Below, in pieces: positions 57,417-60,000 of a stretch of 60,000 nucleotides of DNA. The notes under the pieces are model-generated. The model did not search any database. It saw nothing but the letters and a program-made list of their open reading frames with translations, and was not told the origin of the DNA. Position 1 is the first letter of the stretch. Every line of letters starts with the position of its first letter. Source of the DNA: Lytechinus pictus (lineage: Eukaryota); contig NC_087250.1 in the NCBI RefSeq assembly GCF_037042905.1, forward strand, positions 23,748,001 to 23,808,000. Reading direction: 5' to 3'. Both the position numbers and the translations under genes were made by a program.

Positions 57417-58042
57417 TACTCACACTTAACTCTTTTGTATAACACCCCTTGGCATTACCGTATTCCAAAATCAAGAAGCAAACAGAGTGCCCCCTAACGT
57501 CAATTGGAAAGAAAATCTAAAACTTTGCATTCAAACAAAAACATTTTTAAAATTCATATACAATCAAATGATGACTACCAATATTGGATAACTAGTTGAG
57601 AGTGAGACTCCCATAGGACAATGGCATACAGTTCAGTAGCGTATGCAGTATATTGTAAAGTGGGTGAGGAGGGGGTTCAAGCTGAATGAAATTTTGACAA
57701 CCAAAAAAAAAAGGTCTTCACCACCAATTTTAGGTAGTTTCCTACCCCGAAAAAATTGACAAGCAAAAAGGAAGAAGACAAAAAAAAAAAACCGGTCTTC
57801 ACCACCAATTTTATGCCGTTTCGTACCACCAATTTGGGGGGGGGGGTTGAACACCTGTCACCACTCCCCTGCATAGTACACTACTAATGGCATAATTTTT
57901 GGGTCAAAGTGATAATAAAAGTCAAGTGCATGAAAATGACACAAATTTCCATGAATTTAAGAGGGAAATGACCAAAAATTAGTGAGTCTCACTCTCGATG
58001 AACAAGAGTTGGAAGCCTAAATTATACCAACTCTATATTTAC

Positions 58043-58202
58043 CTGCATTTATTGATTCTGTTTGGTAGACTGCCAAACCATCACCCCATCCATTTTCTTC
58101 AAGGTTTTCTTCCTTTATGATGATTGTATGATATTCATTGATCATGCCTTCCGTATGTGGTTCCTCTATCGGTTCCTTCTTGATTGGTTTCACGCCATTC
58201 AT
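58043..58202 (-). CDS. Upstream coding exon of the minus-strand ZnF gene (MNGVKPIKKEP...)
   Basis: Acceptor TTGTAG at 58211, donor GCAG|GTAAAT at 58043/58042; 160+1613 nt = 591 codons in frame; IKKEP/IKEE motifs. Confidence 0.8.
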
Positions 58203-58679
58203 CTTGCCATCTACAATGTTGAATAAAAAGAAAGTTGAATTTATTGGGAATCCAAAATGGAAATGAATCAAATTTTGTGAAATTTAGATAAAAAGGATTA
58301 AGAGAATGGTGAGAGAGGTAGTAAAAATGAGAAGGAATAGATCTTAGAAAAAAAAATGATGGTTGCTTGAAAAATGAGATCTCAAACCTAATATCGACAA
58401 GTTATGTTGTGAATATGATGAAGTAAAGAAGTAGGCACGTTGTAAGAAGTGCTGTCTTATGAAAATAAATTTGAGCGGCCGATTGCTCAGAAAAACACTT
58501 TAACTCATTAGGAATTCACAAAGAGTAGGCTATACATATCTCACATCTCACTAATACGAACGCGAAGAGTGGACTATTTTTTTTTTAATATTCAGAACTT
58601 GAAAGGAGGAAATCACTTAAAGTAATCTTGTAAAAAATACTGTAACTAGATAGAATAATAAAAGTTTCAAAAAATTTCA

Positions 58680-59370
58680 TGAGTGGTTTACAGTTTATTA
58701 GTGAGATTTATTTCGTCAGAGAATCATCACTGAAAATAGGAACCAGCAATGAAATTCGGCCGAATTTCATAGCTAGAGAAATTTATTCTGTCAGAATCAT
58801 CACTGACAAAATAAATCTCATCAGTAATTTGTCTTTATCTACTCTTCAAAATGGGAACCAGCTATGGAAAATCCTGATTTTGTGCTGGTTTCCATTTTCA
58901 CGAGTAGATAGACAGTTTACCAGAGAAAATTATCTCGTCAGAATCATCACTGACAAAATAAATCTCATTTAATAGTAATATGAATGGGAACCAGCATGTA
59001 CAACTCTGAGTTTTCCACGCTGGTTCCCATTTTGGCGAGTAGATTAAACTAGTTTACCCTACTCGCTGAAATGGGAACCAGCATGTTTTGGTGAGTAGAT
59101 TAAACTAGTTTACTCTACTCGCTGAATGGGAACCAGCGTGAACAACTCTATGGCATGATGGTGAGTTTTCCACGCTGGTTCCCATTTGACTTTTTTAGCG
59201 AGTAGATTAATATTTACTATACTCGCTGAAATGGGAACCAGCGTAACTCGATCATGTGAATTTTCCACGCTGGTTCCCATTTGTAGCGAGTAAACTAGTT
59301 TACTCTACTCGCTGAAATGGGAACCAGCGTGTACACAACTCTGCGCTAGTACCCATTTTAGCGAGTATAG
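58680..59370. repeat. Array of alternating direct and inverted TGGGAACCAGC motifs
   Basis: About a dozen TGGGAACCAGC / GCTGGTTCCCA units linked with TACTCGCT/GCGAGTA. Confidence 0.7.
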
Positions 59371-59539
59371 AGAAAAGACATCGACGAAATCAATCTTTCA
59401 GATCGTTCAGATCGAAGCTCTTTGAAGGATTAAATTCATTTATTAGAATCAGCGCACCAGCTGTGCCTGTGGTGAAGCAGTGAGCAAACTCGAAAAGTCA
59501 AAATAAAAGGTAACGTTAGGTAGGTCGGTCACGTCTTGT

Positions 59540-60000
59540 CGCGAAAAAGTAAAGGAGAACGGTATCGTTACCATAAAGGAGACTATCAGGCAATAAACAA
59601 TGCAATGATGGTTGTGGATTGGGATGAAGAAATGAATGAAATGAACGTAGATGAAGCATGGAATTTCTTCTCATGTAGTCTTCAAACTGCCATTGACAAA
59701 TGTATTCCAAAATCTAAGGGAATTTGATTGAAGAAAAAGAAATTATGGATGACGAGGAAAGCTCTGAAGCAACAGCGTAAGAAATACAAGTCCTGGAAAA
59801 GATTTAGAGATGGTGGACAAGCAAATATGATTGACTACAGAAAATCAAGATGTGAGGCTATCAAACTGCGTAAGATGACAAGAAATCTCAGAAGGAAGTT
59901 TGAAAAAGACATTGCCCTAAATGTCAAGGCAAACCCAAAGGCATTTTGGAAGTATGTGAACAGTTCCCTGAAGTATCGTTCAAAATGTGGAGTGATGCAG
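59540..60000 (+). mobile_element. CR1/L2-clade LINE ORF2 fragment (between endonuclease and RT), degenerate
   Basis: YHKGDY..VDW..VDEAW..CIP, stop at 59725-59727, then LWMT..KKYKSW..FEKDIA..KANPKAFWKYV; runs off the window. Confidence 0.85.

Overview
AT-rich eukaryotic (animal) genomic DNA; the repeat landscape suggests a marine invertebrate, probably a sea urchin (inference). Two convergent C2H2 zinc-finger genes are present: a ~1805-aa, ~37-finger protein from one large + strand exon (28579-33996) and a two-exon ~590-aa, 17-finger protein on the - strand (58202-58043 joined to 53757-52145). The rest is largely nested transposable elements. These include an intact, very young Ty3/Gypsy retrotransposon (2331-12103, 1275-bp LTRs, ATAC TSD, tRNA-Leu PBS, -1 gag-pol frameshift). 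The most unusual element is a non-autonomous LTR element (19173-25682) with 178-bp LTRs ending CG...CG rather than TG...CA, a 3-bp TSD and one intact 780-codon ORF with a catalytically altered protease (Troyka-like); it carries an 8-bp-TSD DNA transposon. Also present: a Helentron/HINE-like element carrying a Harbinger derivative, Sola-like, Tc1/mariner and Kolobok/T2-like non-autonomous elements, two tRNA-derived SINEs, a 27-bp minisatellite and a CR1/L2 LINE fragment. No prokaryotic features, true tRNA/rRNA genes or CRISPR arrays were found.
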